DNA of 35,088 bases from Bdellovibrionales bacterium (GCA_050252315.1 JBFWLD010000001.1:1-35088); one strand, 5' to 3'; counted from the first letter of the stretch, positions 9,118-18,296 are shown. Made by a program: numbers and translations. Notes: generated from the sequence alone by a model not told the origin.

Positions 9118-9523
9118 GGTGCGTGCGCTCCATACGTTCGTGGCGTTCCTGCGCTTCGATCGTCAGGGTTGCGACCGGTCGCGCCTCAAGCCGTTTGACC
9201 CCGATGGGATCGCCCGTCTCTTCGCAATAACCATATTCATTGTTACGGATGCGTTCAAGCGCTTCGTCGATTTTACTGATCAGCTTGCGTTGTCTGTCGC
9301 GGGCGCGCAGTTCCAAGGCAACGTCTGTTTCGACAGAAGCGCGGTCGGCGACATCCGATTCGCGCAGTCCGCCTTCATCTTGCAGATCTTGAAGGGTTGA
9401 ATCCGCGTCTTTAAGAATCGCCTCTTTCCAAGCAAGAAGTTTCTGTCGGAAATATTCCAACATAACGGGATTCATGTAGGTTTCTTTTTCAGTTGGCTTA
9501 TAATTCGACGGCACGGTCACCAT
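9101..9523 (-). CDS. dksA: RNA polymerase-binding transcription factor DksA (Cys-poor, non-Cys4 type)
   Basis: Coiled-coil with the DxxDxA tip (ESDVADRASVETD). C-terminal YGYCEETGDPIGVKRLEARPVATLTIEAQERHER has only one of the four canonical zinc-finger cysteines. Confidence 0.9.
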   Translation of the reverse strand: MVTVPSNYKPTEKETYMNPVMLEYFRQKLLAWKEAILKDADSTLQDLQDEGGLRESDVADRASVETDVALELRARDRQRKLISKIDEALERIRNNEYGYCEETGDPIGVKRLEARPVATLTIEAQERHERMERTHRDDRE

Positions 9524-9548
9524 GCGTTAAGGCTCCTCGGTAATGGGG

Positions 9549-9971
9549 TTAAGCGCGGGTGAATTTGGCTAATTCTACTTGCGCGCGCAAGTCAATTTCG
9601 TCAAGAATCTCATTTAATTTTGGATCGGACACGTCTTGCCTATGGGATTGGACGAGTTGAGACAGCCGTTGGAGTTTGGTTTTTGAGACGGCTCCGGACA
9701 AAAGGTCGAGTTTCAGCTCATCCAATTTGTCCAAAATATCTTCAGCGCGGAGCTTGCCTTTGGCCGCGCGGGCGAGGGCATCATCGACTTCTTGCAGGTC
9801 CAAAACGCCGCTGACCCCGCCCAAGGCCGAAGTCCCGTGAATGCCAGAAGATTCATCGGTTTCTTCTAAATGCTTGGAAAAGCTCGCAGAACTAGTCTTG
9901 CCGGACTTGCTGGTGCGGCGGATAGGGCTGGTAGAGCGTGTTGAGCCGGGGCCTTCGATTCGACTAATCAT
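9549..9971 (-). CDS. fliX: Flagellar assembly regulator FliX
   Basis: 140 aa. Ser/Thr/Gly-rich N-terminus, then LDLQEVDD...AEDILDKLDELKLDLLSGAVSKTKLQRLSQLV...DPKLNEILDEIDLRAQVELAK, the pattern of Caulobacter FliX. It is divergent from flgI, as in Caulobacter. Confidence 0.72.
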   Translation of the reverse strand: MISRIEGPGSTRSTSPIRRTSKSGKTSSASFSKHLEETDESSGIHGTSALGGVSGVLDLQEVDDALARAAKGKLRAEDILDKLDELKLDLLSGAVSKTKLQRLSQLVQSHRQDVSDPKLNEILDEIDLRAQVELAKFTRA

Positions 9972-10087
9972 GGCGGCATCCTAAATCATTTTTCTTAAGA
10001 TTTCTAACATGAAAGCGGGCGTGCCGGAACGGCTTTGTTGGGCGGAAACGTTCATCGGCAAAAGATTCCGGTTTTTTGTTAACGGAC

Positions 10088-10109
10088 GGGCAGACTTTGC
10101 CCGAGGCAA
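10088..10109. promoter_or_regulatory. Candidate enhancer (FlbD/NtrC-type activator site) for the flgI sigma-54 promoter
   Basis: Overlapping inverted repeats GGGCA-gactt-TGCCC (10088-10102) and TTGCC-cga-GGCAA (10097-10109), centred about 100 bp upstream of the -24 element. As I recall it, this resembles the CGGCA...TGCCG core of Caulobacter ftr elements. Confidence 0.4.
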
Positions 10110-10196
10110 GGCATCGCAAAGGGGGGCGGACACGGATTTTGTATAAAATCACTTAGAATCAACGCGGTATCTTTTTTTGAGGAAAGAAGAAGAGTC

Positions 10197-10212
10197 TGGC
10201 ACGGGCTTTGCT
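10197..10212 (+). promoter_or_regulatory. Sigma-54 (-24/-12) promoter of the flgI operon
   Basis: TGGCAC-gggct-TTGCT at 10197-10212 matches the TGGCAC-N5-TTGCW consensus exactly. It lies 31 nt upstream of the flgI ATG. Confidence 0.8.
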
Positions 10213-10242
10213 TAGTTGTTTGGGCAAGGATCAGGAGTTTTT

Positions 10243-11424
10243 ATGTTTCAATCGTCTTTCCTATGTCTCTCCCCTAATTTCCCCAAGCGGTCGGCAAAGA
10301 GTCCCTTTGTCGCCCGGTTAGCGATGACGATTGCTTTCCTGATGCTCCTGATCCTTTCTCCCTTTGCATCGGCGCAGGCAGCCTCCCGGCTTAAGGATGT
10401 CGTGGATTTCGAAGGCGTGCGGGATAATATGCTGATCGGGTATGGGCTCGTCGTGGGGCTCAATGGTACAGGGGACAGCCTTTCCAACTCGCCTTTTACA
10501 GAAACCAGTCTGGTTGGCATGCTGGAACGTCTTGGCGTCAACACACGCGGGACCAGCATGAAGACCAAAAACGTTGCTGCCGTGACGGTAACGGCGACGC
10601 TGCCGCCTTTTGCGGCGCAGGGCTCGCGTATCGACGTGGTTGTTTCAACTTTGGGGGATGCCAAAAACCTAACCGGCGGGACTTTATTGGTTACGCCTTT
10701 GCTGGGTGCGGATGGCGAAGTTTATGCCGTGGCCCAAGGCGCGTTGGCGGTGGGCGGCTTTAGTGCGCAGGGGCAGGGGGCCTCGGTAACGAAAGGGGTT
10801 CCAACCTCCGGGCGCATCGCGAACGGTGCAATTGTTGAACGAGAAATACCCTTCCGTTTGGGCGATTTAGGCTCCATGCGGTTGTCGTTGCGCAACCCTG
10901 ATTTTACCACGGCCAACCGCGTTGCCGCCGCTATTAATAAGCATATGCACGGGGATGTGGCCGCTGCCTTGGATGCGGCAACGGTTCGGGTTTTGGTTTC
11001 GGATGCTCGCCGTCACGACATTGTGGGGCTTATGACGGAAATCGAACAGATTGGGGTCGAACCGGATCAGGTCGCCCGGGTCGTGATTGATGAACAGTCC
11101 GGAATTATCGTGATGGGCGAAAATGTACGCATTAACACGGTTGCGATTGCGCAGGGGAATCTGACCATTCGTATTACGGAAACGCCGCAAGTCTCGCAGC
11201 CTGCGCCTCTGTCCCAAGGCGGGACGACAACTACAGTTCCTCGCACGGATATTGCCATAGATCAGGGGGAGGCCAAGAAAATGGGTGTGCTCAGCACAGG
11301 GGTCAGCCTGCAAGAGATGGTGCAAAGCCTTAATGCCTTGGGGATCGGGCCGCGCGACATGATTACGATTTTACAGTCGATCAAGGCCGCGGGTGCGTTG
11401 CAGGCCGATTTAGAAGTTATTTAG
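10243..11424 (+). CDS. flgI: Flagellar P-ring protein FlgI
   Basis: Signal peptide ...MTIAFLMLLILSPFASAQA, then SRLKDVVDFEGVRDNMLIGYGLVVGLNGTGDS and C-terminal SLNALGIGPRDMITILQSIKAAGALQADLEVI. ATG 10243 is chosen (CAGGAG 6 nt upstream) because the track TTG at 10216 would lie upstream of the predicted sigma-54 transcription start. Confidence 0.93.
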   Translation: MFQSSFLCLSPNFPKRSAKSPFVARLAMTIAFLMLLILSPFASAQAASRLKDVVDFEGVRDNMLIGYGLVVGLNGTGDSLSNSPFTETSLVGMLERLGVNTRGTSMKTKNVAAVTVTATLPPFAAQGSRIDVVVSTLGDAKNLTGGTLLVTPLLGADGEVYAVAQGALAVGGFSAQGQGASVTKGVPTSGRIANGAIVEREIPFRLGDLGSMRLSLRNPDFTTANRVAAAINKHMHGDVAAALDAATVRVLVSDARRHDIVGLMTEIEQIGVEPDQVARVVIDEQSGIIVMGENVRINTVAIAQGNLTIRITETPQVSQPAPLSQGGTTTTVPRTDIAIDQGEAKKMGVLSTGVSLQEMVQSLNALGIGPRDMITILQSIKAAGALQADLEVI

Positions 11425-11436
11425 GGGAGGAAGCGG

Positions 11437-11754
11437 ATGGAAGCTGTCGTTTCTGATGTTGACGTGATGCGAAGCTCGACAAGCTTTTCGGGCAAGTCAA
11501 CGCTTTCGAAAACAGAACTGGAAAAAACGGCCAAAGATTTCGAGGCTGTTTTCATGGCCCAAATGCTTAAACCCATGTGGGATGGGCTCGAAACGGATGC
11601 CATGTTCGGCGGTGGCCCCGGCGAGGATGCGATGAAGGATTTGCTGCTTCAAGAATACGGTAAATCCATGGTGAGAAACGATCAATATGGGCTTTCGCCT
11701 GCCATCATGGACGCCATGATCCGCATGCAAGAACAAGCCGATGCCACGGTGTAG
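11437..11754 (+). CDS. flgJ: Rod-binding protein, single-domain FlgJ/CheL type
   Basis: 105 aa with AKDFEAVFMAQMLKPMW...GEDAMKDLLLQEYGKSM, the FlgJ N-terminal rod-binding signature. No muramidase domain, as is usual in alphaproteobacteria. Confidence 0.8.
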   Translation: MEAVVSDVDVMRSSTSFSGKSTLSKTELEKTAKDFEAVFMAQMLKPMWDGLETDAMFGGGPGEDAMKDLLLQEYGKSMVRNDQYGLSPAIMDAMIRMQEQADATV

Positions 11755-11764
11755 GGAGGATAAC

Positions 11765-12238
11765 ATGACCCCATTATCTGAAAAGAAAGCTTCGATTAAC
11801 ATCGAAAAACTGGCCCAGAATTTGTTGAAAATTATGCAGGTGCTCACGGCGGTCATGGAGCGCGAAATTGATATGCTGGAGCATAAACAGTACGAGGAGC
11901 TGGAACGCGTCCGAGGGGATAAATATAAAGCGATGCGTGATTACGAAACGGCGGTCAAGGTTGTTTCTAACCATAGAGTAGCCTTTAAAACGCTTCCTGC
12001 TGAGGTGCGTCAAGGCCTGCGCGAGGCTGAGCTAAAAATGAAAAAGGTCGGCGCCAAAAATAAAGACTTGTTGCGCGCCGCCATTGAAGGCACGCATTTC
12101 CTTTTGCAAACAGTCGTCAAGGCGGCTCAGAAAAGAACGAAAATGATGGATAGTTACGACGACCTGCGTAAACGGCGTTTTTCCGTCGGTGATTACAGTC
12201 CGAAATCCCTGCCCGTTGCGGTTGACCGCAACGCATGA
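11765..12238 (+). CDS. Flagellar-cluster helical protein, FlbY/FlgN-like
   Basis: ATG 11765 with GGGAGGA 6 nt upstream. 157 aa, predicted all-helical (LAQNLLKIMQVLTAVMEREIDMLEHKQYEELERVRGDK...). Its position after flgI-cheL matches the Caulobacter flgI-cheL-flbY operon. The family call rests on position, not motifs. Confidence 0.5.
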   Translation: MTPLSEKKASINIEKLAQNLLKIMQVLTAVMEREIDMLEHKQYEELERVRGDKYKAMRDYETAVKVVSNHRVAFKTLPAEVRQGLREAELKMKKVGAKNKDLLRAAIEGTHFLLQTVVKAAQKRTKMMDSYDDLRKRRFSVGDYSPKSLPVAVDRNA

Positions 12239-12275
12239 TCTTAGGTTTCTTCTCTTCCCTGTAAGGATGTTCTCT

Positions 12276-13904
12276 ATGGCTAACTTTTCTCACTCCACGG
12301 TTCAAGAAACGACAACCAATTCTCTGTCGGGGCTGCTGGCCGCGTATAAATCAAATGTGGATTTGTCGGGTACAGCGTCAAGTTTGTTTTCAAGCTTCCT
12401 GGATGAAACCAGTCAGGCGCTGGTTCGTGTGGAACCCTTTGATCCGGCCAATGTAGCGCCAACAGGCCAGTCGGCAACGATGCCAACCGTCTCTCAAGCC
12501 GGCCCTCAAGCGACGTCACAGACCGATCAACCCGTTTCGGCCTCTTCGCAAGAAACGGCGCAAACGTCCGACGAGGATGAAAACGAAGACGTGCAAGCGG
12601 CAAGCGATCAGCCAAGCGATCAAGACGAGGCCACACCTGTTGCCGACCAAGCTGTACCCATGGCCATGGCGGAGCCCTCCTTTAAAAACCCGCAGGCAGA
12701 GCAAGACAAAGAACAGAAACAAGAGGTTCTGTCCGAGGAGGCGGTGTCCCTTTCCCCTACCTCTGTGGATGCAGAAGAGCAAGAAACGATGGAACCCGTC
12801 GTGGCAACATCGTCGGAACAAATGGCTATGGATCAAGACCTCGCGCCAGAGGAAGAGCAACCGGAGACTGATTTAACGGATGAAGAGCTGACCATGGCGA
12901 CGATGGCGCCATTGCCTTTTTACCAACTGCACGCGGTTAAAATAAAAGAAAGCGCAGAAAAGACGCAAAATGTTCAATCCGACGAAACCGCGCCGGTGGA
13001 AACAGGGGCCACGGATCTGGAGCAGCTTATGGCGCAGGTATCGGAAACGGAACCCACCGAGATTGTGCAGGAAGAACAGGTCGCTGAACCGGTATTGGAC
13101 GCGGATGGGGAAGCCTTCCTTGAAAAGTTGCAAAAGACGGTGGCTCAGGGAGAGACACAAACGACAGGCAAGGCCGATAGTGGGGCGGATGGCGAACAAA
13201 ATGCCGTCGCTCAAGCCTTTAAGATGCAAGATCAGGTTAATAAGGCTGCGGTTCAGGCAACGGTAGCGCCGCTTGCGCAAACGACGAGCCAAACGACCGC
13301 CTCAACGACGGAATCCACAGCCCTGCAGGAAACAGCGATTCAGTCCGTTTCCACGGTCAGCGGTACACAAAACGCGTCATCCGTTGCTGCTGGCATGCGT
13401 ACCTCGGGGTCGTATGACTTGGCAAGTCAGCTTTCCGCAGCGCGCGTGACAAAGGGCGGCAGCACAGGCCTGCCTCAGGCGGTTGAGCAAGTGTCGGTTC
13501 AACTCCATAAAGCGGTTAGTTCAGGCGTTGACGAAATTACGATCCAGTTGCGCCCGGCAGAATTAGGCAAGGTTGAGATTAAGCTTGAAATTTCTGCCGA
13601 TAAGAGCGTCACGGGAACGGTGATCGCCGACAACCAAAGCACGTTAAACCTGCTGCAAAAAGATTCAGCAAGCTTGCAGTTCGCGCTTCAGGAAGCCGGG
13701 CTTCAGGCCGATCCCGGCTGTTTGCAGTTTTCCTTGAGCGATGACGGTTCTGCCAATCAGTTCGCCCAAAATCAAGATTCCGTTGACTCTCAAAGCTCTC
13801 TTTCCGCAATGGGAGAGGGCGAGGATCAAGAAGACTCGACCGTCCTGTCTTCCTTGACGGAAAGCTATTACGTCACGCCCGGACGCGTGAATCTGCGCGT
13901 GTAA
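12276..13904 (+). CDS. fliK: Flagellar hook-length control protein FliK
   Basis: Long acidic Gln/Glu/Thr/Ala-rich region, then the C-terminal Flg_hook domain EITIQLRPAELGKVEIKLEISADKSVTGTVIADNQSTLNLLQKDSASLQFALQEAGL. ATG 12276 (AAGGA 8 nt upstream) is preferred over the track start 12189, which overlaps the previous gene. Confidence 0.82.
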   Translation: MANFSHSTVQETTTNSLSGLLAAYKSNVDLSGTASSLFSSFLDETSQALVRVEPFDPANVAPTGQSATMPTVSQAGPQATSQTDQPVSASSQETAQTSDEDENEDVQAASDQPSDQDEATPVADQAVPMAMAEPSFKNPQAEQDKEQKQEVLSEEAVSLSPTSVDAEEQETMEPVVATSSEQMAMDQDLAPEEEQPETDLTDEELTMATMAPLPFYQLHAVKIKESAEKTQNVQSDETAPVETGATDLEQLMAQVSETEPTEIVQEEQVAEPVLDADGEAFLEKLQKTVAQGETQTTGKADSGADGEQNAVAQAFKMQDQVNKAAVQATVAPLAQTTSQTTASTTESTALQETAIQSVSTVSGTQNASSVAAGMRTSGSYDLASQLSAARVTKGGSTGLPQAVEQVSVQLHKAVSSGVDEITIQLRPAELGKVEIKLEISADKSVTGTVIADNQSTLNLLQKDSASLQFALQEAGLQADPGCLQFSLSDDGSANQFAQNQDSVDSQSSLSAMGEGEDQEDSTVLSSLTESYYVTPGRVNLRV

Positions 13905-13916
13905 AGGAGAAAAACC

Positions 13917-14687
13917 ATGACAGCAGTCACCGATGCTACAAGTATCATCTCAAGCTATAACGCGTCTCAAACAAGCGCCGCGAGTACGTCTTCGGCGGCA
14001 GATGCCGCCCAAAGCACACTGATTGGCAATTACGATACTTTTTTGAAAATTCTGACGACGCAGCTAGAAAATCAGGACCCAACAGACCCGGTTGACGCCA
14101 GCGAGTTTACCAATCAGTTGGTGATGTATTCGCAGGTCGAACAGCAAATCGCCACGAACGATAAGTTGGAAGATGTTCTTTCGATCATGGGCTCAAATAG
14201 TATCAAGCCGTTGTTGAGCTATCTGGGCCAATATACGGAATCGAAGGCTGGAAACGAATTGGTCGTCCAAGACGGGACGTCGCTACTTTCTTACGATCTG
14301 CCGGAAGAGGCGCAAAGTGTTACCTTGTATATTCAGGACGAGGATGGCGATGTTGTCGCAACCGTGGACGCGCCGACGGATTCCGGTATGCACCGGATTG
14401 CGTGGGACGGCACGCTGGATGCGGGTGGCACCGCCGAGGATGGAGCCTATCGCTTTATCATAAGTGCGGTCGATAGCTCCGGTAATACGATTGATCTGGA
14501 CGATGTTCGCGTTATCGGTAAAGTCACCTCTATTGAAACGGATGAGGACGGGAATATCAGCCTGATGGTCGGCGATCTGGAGCTTTCCGATGAAGATATC
14601 CTCTCGGTGTTCAGTTCGATTGGAACAACGGATAGTTCCAGTACGGCAAGCACGGAGGAGGAAACAGCCACAAGTGAGACGACATAA
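13917..14687 (+). CDS. flgD: Flagellar hook capping/assembly protein FlgD
   Basis: NYDTFLKILTTQLENQDPTDPVDASEFTNQLVMYSQVEQ signature plus a FlgD Ig-like middle domain (HRIAWDGTLDAGGTAEDGAYRFIISAVDSSGN). AAGGAG Shine-Dalgarno. Confidence 0.92.
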   Translation: MTAVTDATSIISSYNASQTSAASTSSAADAAQSTLIGNYDTFLKILTTQLENQDPTDPVDASEFTNQLVMYSQVEQQIATNDKLEDVLSIMGSNSIKPLLSYLGQYTESKAGNELVVQDGTSLLSYDLPEEAQSVTLYIQDEDGDVVATVDAPTDSGMHRIAWDGTLDAGGTAEDGAYRFIISAVDSSGNTIDLDDVRVIGKVTSIETDEDGNISLMVGDLELSDEDILSVFSSIGTTDSSSTASTEEETATSETT

Positions 14688-14843
14688 AGGGGCAGGGGGT
14701 AGGCGCCTGTTGCTCAAAAGCAGCTCGTCGGGCAAGAAAATGTACGAAAGATGGAAAAGGAGAGTTGCGAAGGGGGCGGTAAACATTTTACAGTGCTTCT
14801 CGAGGAGCCCTCTAACCCTTTAATAACTGACGACGAAACGACT

Positions 14844-15047
14844 ATGCCTTTAGCTTTCGGCCTTTTTCATGTCCCTTTACAAGCCGGACGGCTTCGCGCT
14901 TTGGCGAGGGGCGTGGTTTTTATTTTTTGTTTGTTAGCCCTTGGTGCGTGCGGCAAAAAGCCGCCGCAAGTCGAGGCTCCGCCCAATGAACCCATAAAGG
15001 TTTATCCGCGTGTTTATCCTGATTTAAGAACGGACCCTTCTCCATGA
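14844..15047 (+). CDS. Small lipoprotein (LptM/YifL-like)
   Basis: ATG 14844. 67 aa, with a lipobox LLALGA-C followed by GKKPPQVEAPPNEP. The stop overlaps the lysA ATG (ATGA at 15044-15047). Small lipoproteins directly upstream of lysA or dapF are a conserved proteobacterial arrangement. Confidence 0.6.
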   Translation: MPLAFGLFHVPLQAGRLRALARGVVFIFCLLALGACGKKPPQVEAPPNEPIKVYPRVYPDLRTDPSP

Positions 15048-16324
15048 CAAAATCTGTTTTTGCCTATCGTAATGGCGTATTATGCGCGGAAGCGCTGCCT
15101 TTAGCCGAAATTGCTGAAGAGGTCGATACGCCCTTTTATTGTACCAGCGTCAAACAGCTTCAACGCAATTACCGAGAGTTTGCCGAACCCTTTAAGGATT
15201 TGGATGCAACCATTCATTATGCCGTTAAAGCTAATGGCAATGTGGCGGTCATCCGGACGTTGGCTCAATGCGGGGCCGGGGCGGATATTACCTCGGCTGG
15301 GGAGTTGGAGCGGGCGCTGGAAGGCGGTATAGACCCTAAAAAAATCGTTTTTTCAGGTGTCGGCAAAACGCGTGATGACATTGCGGCGGCGTTGTTGGCA
15401 GGAATCTGCCAGATTAATGCCGAATCTTTGTCCGAGATCGACCTAATCGACCGCGTGGCGACGGTGCTTGGCAAAACAGCCCCGGTTTCCATACGGGTTA
15501 ACCCGGATATTCGGGCTGGAGACAATGCCAAGATCGCGACCGGATATAAGGGCGCTAAGTTCGGGATCGACATTGAGTTGTTGGGCGAAGCCGTCCGGCG
15601 GATTGTGACCAGTTCTTCCCTGAATTTTAACGGGTTGACGGTCCATGTCGGTTCCCATCTTCGGAATTACGAGCCTTTCCGTCAGTGCTATGAAAAGCTT
15701 GCCATGCTTGTTGGCGTGTTGAGGGAACAGGGGATTAGCGTTAATCGCGTCGATCTCGGCGGTGGGGTCGGAATCCCCTATGACGGACAGGTTTTGGACC
15801 CCTTTTCGGATTATGCTAAAATCGTTCATGAGGTTATTGCCCCATTAGGCTGCGCGATTTCCTTTGAGCCGGGCCGTCGTCTGGTCGGAGACTCCAGCGT
15901 TTTGATTACGCGGGTGGTTCATGTCAAGCAAGCCGGGGATAAAAAGATTCTCATCGTGGATGCGGGGATGAATGATTTGGTTCGTCCGGCCATGTATGGC
16001 TCGCGGCATGAAATCATCGCGGTTCGCGAAGAGGCCGGGGCCCCACGCGAAGACGTCTCCATCGTCGGCCCGGTTTGTGAAACGGCGGATTCTTTCGGCG
16101 ATGCGTATTCCTTGCCTGAGCTGAAACAGGGCGACCTGATTGCGATTATGCAGGCCGGTGCGTATGGAAGCGCCATGTCCGGCAATTACAATGGTCGTCC
16201 GCTGATCCCGGAAGTTCTGGTTTCCGCAGCCCAGTTTGCCGTTATCCGCCGCCGTATTGCTGTGGCGGAACAACTCAGATGGGAAAGCATACCCGATTGG
16301 ATGGTGATAACCCGTGCAGCGTAA
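15044..16324 (+). CDS. lysA: Diaminopimelate decarboxylase
   Basis: PLP-lysine block HYAVKANGN, GGGVGIPY, GPVCETADSFG, and YGSAMSGNYNGRP at the C-terminus. Confidence 0.95.
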   Translation: MTKSVFAYRNGVLCAEALPLAEIAEEVDTPFYCTSVKQLQRNYREFAEPFKDLDATIHYAVKANGNVAVIRTLAQCGAGADITSAGELERALEGGIDPKKIVFSGVGKTRDDIAAALLAGICQINAESLSEIDLIDRVATVLGKTAPVSIRVNPDIRAGDNAKIATGYKGAKFGIDIELLGEAVRRIVTSSSLNFNGLTVHVGSHLRNYEPFRQCYEKLAMLVGVLREQGISVNRVDLGGGVGIPYDGQVLDPFSDYAKIVHEVIAPLGCAISFEPGRRLVGDSSVLITRVVHVKQAGDKKILIVDAGMNDLVRPAMYGSRHEIIAVREEAGAPREDVSIVGPVCETADSFGDAYSLPELKQGDLIAIMQAGAYGSAMSGNYNGRPLIPEVLVSAAQFAVIRRRIAVAEQLRWESIPDWMVITRAA

Positions 16325-18296
16325 TAACCGCAAAAAGTTCCGTAAATTTCTGGAAACGCGCCGCAATCGCCGTCGGCAAGGCAAAGCGGAAGAGGCTCCG
16401 TCCTATTTGGGGTTTGAGATTTTCTGCGCGGTACTCTCTCCCCTTCTTTTGGGTGGGGCGGTTGCCCTTTTTTGGCGGATGGACTTTCTTTTCGTCCTTT
16501 ATTGGCCTGTTTATGCGGTTGCCTATGGGTTGCTTTTAGTATGGGCCATACTCGCCTATCGCGGTGCCATGCATTATTGGTCCCTCAAATTCGACTTTTT
16601 ATTCGGGGTGGCTTTTATTTTGCTGGTTGGGTTCGGCGCGTGCTGGGGGCTGAATAAAGCTGTTCCGGTTAAAGCATGGGTTACGCCTCCGGATTATGCG
16701 CGGTTGCCCGCGTTGGAGCTTGTTACGCCTTCCCATGGACGTATCTACCGAGTATTAGAAGGCAGCACCCTTCATATTGCTTGGCAAAGCGAAGGCACCC
16801 CGCCGGAGGCTGTGTTCGATGGCCTGACCGAAAAGCTGGAATCGGCTATGGGGATTGATGTTTCTTCGTCTCTATCTGTGCCTGTGCATGGAGAGTCACG
16901 GCAAGACAGACTTGTCATCAAACGCGGTTGGCATAAACTCGCCAATTGGAATCTGCAAATTGTGCCGGACGGCAAGCCCTATGTTGTGCTTTTGAACGAG
17001 CCGGAAATCACGCTGCGTAAAACCATCAAATTTGTTTATAAGGCGTTGGATGATTACGGCATAGAAACCGTTGCCGTGCGTATTGCGCCGACCTCATCCA
17101 CGTCGGGGGTAAGCACAGAGCCGGTTGAAATCGTTTTGGAAAAACCCGCCTTGAAAGAAATTGACGGCGTTAATTATGCGGATTTAACGGCCTTGCCATG
17201 GGCGGGCATTCCGGTGACAGCCCAGCTTGTGGTAACGGATGGAGCCGGTCATCGCGGGTGGAGCGAACCCAAAGTCATTACCCTGCCGACGCGTTCGTTT
17301 AGAAATCCTTTTGCTCGAGCCTTAATTGAGGAACGGCAAAAGTTTGTTGAAAATCCGGATGCAGCCATTCGGGATGAAACGGCGAATGTGATGGCCGGAA
17401 TTGCGCGGCAACAGGGCTTGTATCGGGGGGACCCCGTTGTTTTGATGGCGTTGCGCGCGGGGGCGGTTCGTCTGGTTTTGAATGACGATGCGCAAACCGT
17501 TCAGGCGGTCAGCGATATTCTTTGGAAAACAGCCGTTAGGTTGGAGGAAGGCAGTGTCGGCCAAGCTCGGGCTGATTTAGCCGATGCGCAAAAGGAACTA
17601 TCCTTTAGTCTGATGCGTAAAGTGCCGATGGAAGCCATTCAGCCCTTCGTTGCGCGGGTCCGCACAGCGATGACAAAATATTTCGATGCGTTGGAAGAGG
17701 AACGTGCCCGTCAACCCCCGGCCTTACAGGAAATGGATTGGCCGCTGGCTACAGCAAGCGAGATGCTGACGCCTGAAGACCTTTATGCGCGTCTAACCGT
17801 TGTGACGGACCGGCTGACGCAAGGCAATCGCGCGGGCGCGTTGGAAACATTGGCCTCGCTTCAGTCGTTGATTGAAAATCTACGCACTACCCCGCCGGAG
17901 CTTACCCCCGACCAAGCTCAAATGGCTCAACAAGTCTTTGCTATGCGGGCCTTGGTTCGTGAGCAAAAAAGCCTTGTGGAGGAAGTAGAGGGACTTACGC
18001 ACAAAACCGATCATAGTCCTAAAGCGAGAAAGGCGCAGAAAAACGAGTTGGCGCATAGCCTTGCGCAACAACAGATGTTGTTGTCTGCCCTTAAGGAAAT
18101 TATTTCCCGCCAAGGCTCCTCGTTTTCCGAGGCCGAGATCGGGGCCTCGGCTATGAGCCGGGCGATAGCCGCTTTGCAAAAAGAGTCGATGGCCGAGGCC
18201 AAAGAAAGCCAACTGGAAGCCTTGGCCCAGATGGAAAAAGGCCTGACCGTATTGACGGAAGCCATGCGGCGCGCCATGACGGCCAAAGCGCCGTAA
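16314..18296 (+). CDS. Alphaproteobacterial membrane protein, TIGR02302/DUF4175-like
   Basis: 660 aa. Basic N-terminus, three TM helices (residues about 35-125), and a long soluble helical C-terminal part with Gln/Ala-rich stretches. Overlaps the lysA end by 11 nt. The family name is recalled from the conserved position after lysA. Confidence 0.6.
   Translation: MQRNNRKKFRKFLETRRNRRRQGKAEEAPSYLGFEIFCAVLSPLLLGGAVALFWRMDFLFVLYWPVYAVAYGLLLVWAILAYRGAMHYWSLKFDFLFGVAFILLVGFGACWGLNKAVPVKAWVTPPDYARLPALELVTPSHGRIYRVLEGSTLHIAWQSEGTPPEAVFDGLTEKLESAMGIDVSSSLSVPVHGESRQDRLVIKRGWHKLANWNLQIVPDGKPYVVLLNEPEITLRKTIKFVYKALDDYGIETVAVRIAPTSSTSGVSTEPVEIVLEKPALKEIDGVNYADLTALPWAGIPVTAQLVVTDGAGHRGWSEPKVITLPTRSFRNPFARALIEERQKFVENPDAAIRDETANVMAGIARQQGLYRGDPVVLMALRAGAVRLVLNDDAQTVQAVSDILWKTAVRLEEGSVGQARADLADAQKELSFSLMRKVPMEAIQPFVARVRTAMTKYFDALEEERARQPPALQEMDWPLATASEMLTPEDLYARLTVVTDRLTQGNRAGALETLASLQSLIENLRTTPPELTPDQAQMAQQVFAMRALVREQKSLVEEVEGLTHKTDHSPKARKAQKNELAHSLAQQQMLLSALKEIISRQGSSFSEAEIGASAMSRAIAALQKESMAEAKESQLEALAQMEKGLTVLTEAMRRAMTAKAP

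Noticed and set aside
9990-10012. CtrA-box-like TTAA...TAAC upstream of fliX
   Set aside because: On the relevant strand the half-sites are TTAG-N5-TTAA. The spacing and sequence do not fit TTAA-N7-TTAA.
12215-12232. 7-bp hairpin GTTGCGG-TTGA-CCGCAAC at the 3' end of the flbY-like gene, just upstream of its stop codon
   Set aside because: No U-tract follows and fliK starts 44 nt later. It is probably only a minor mRNA structure, not a terminator.
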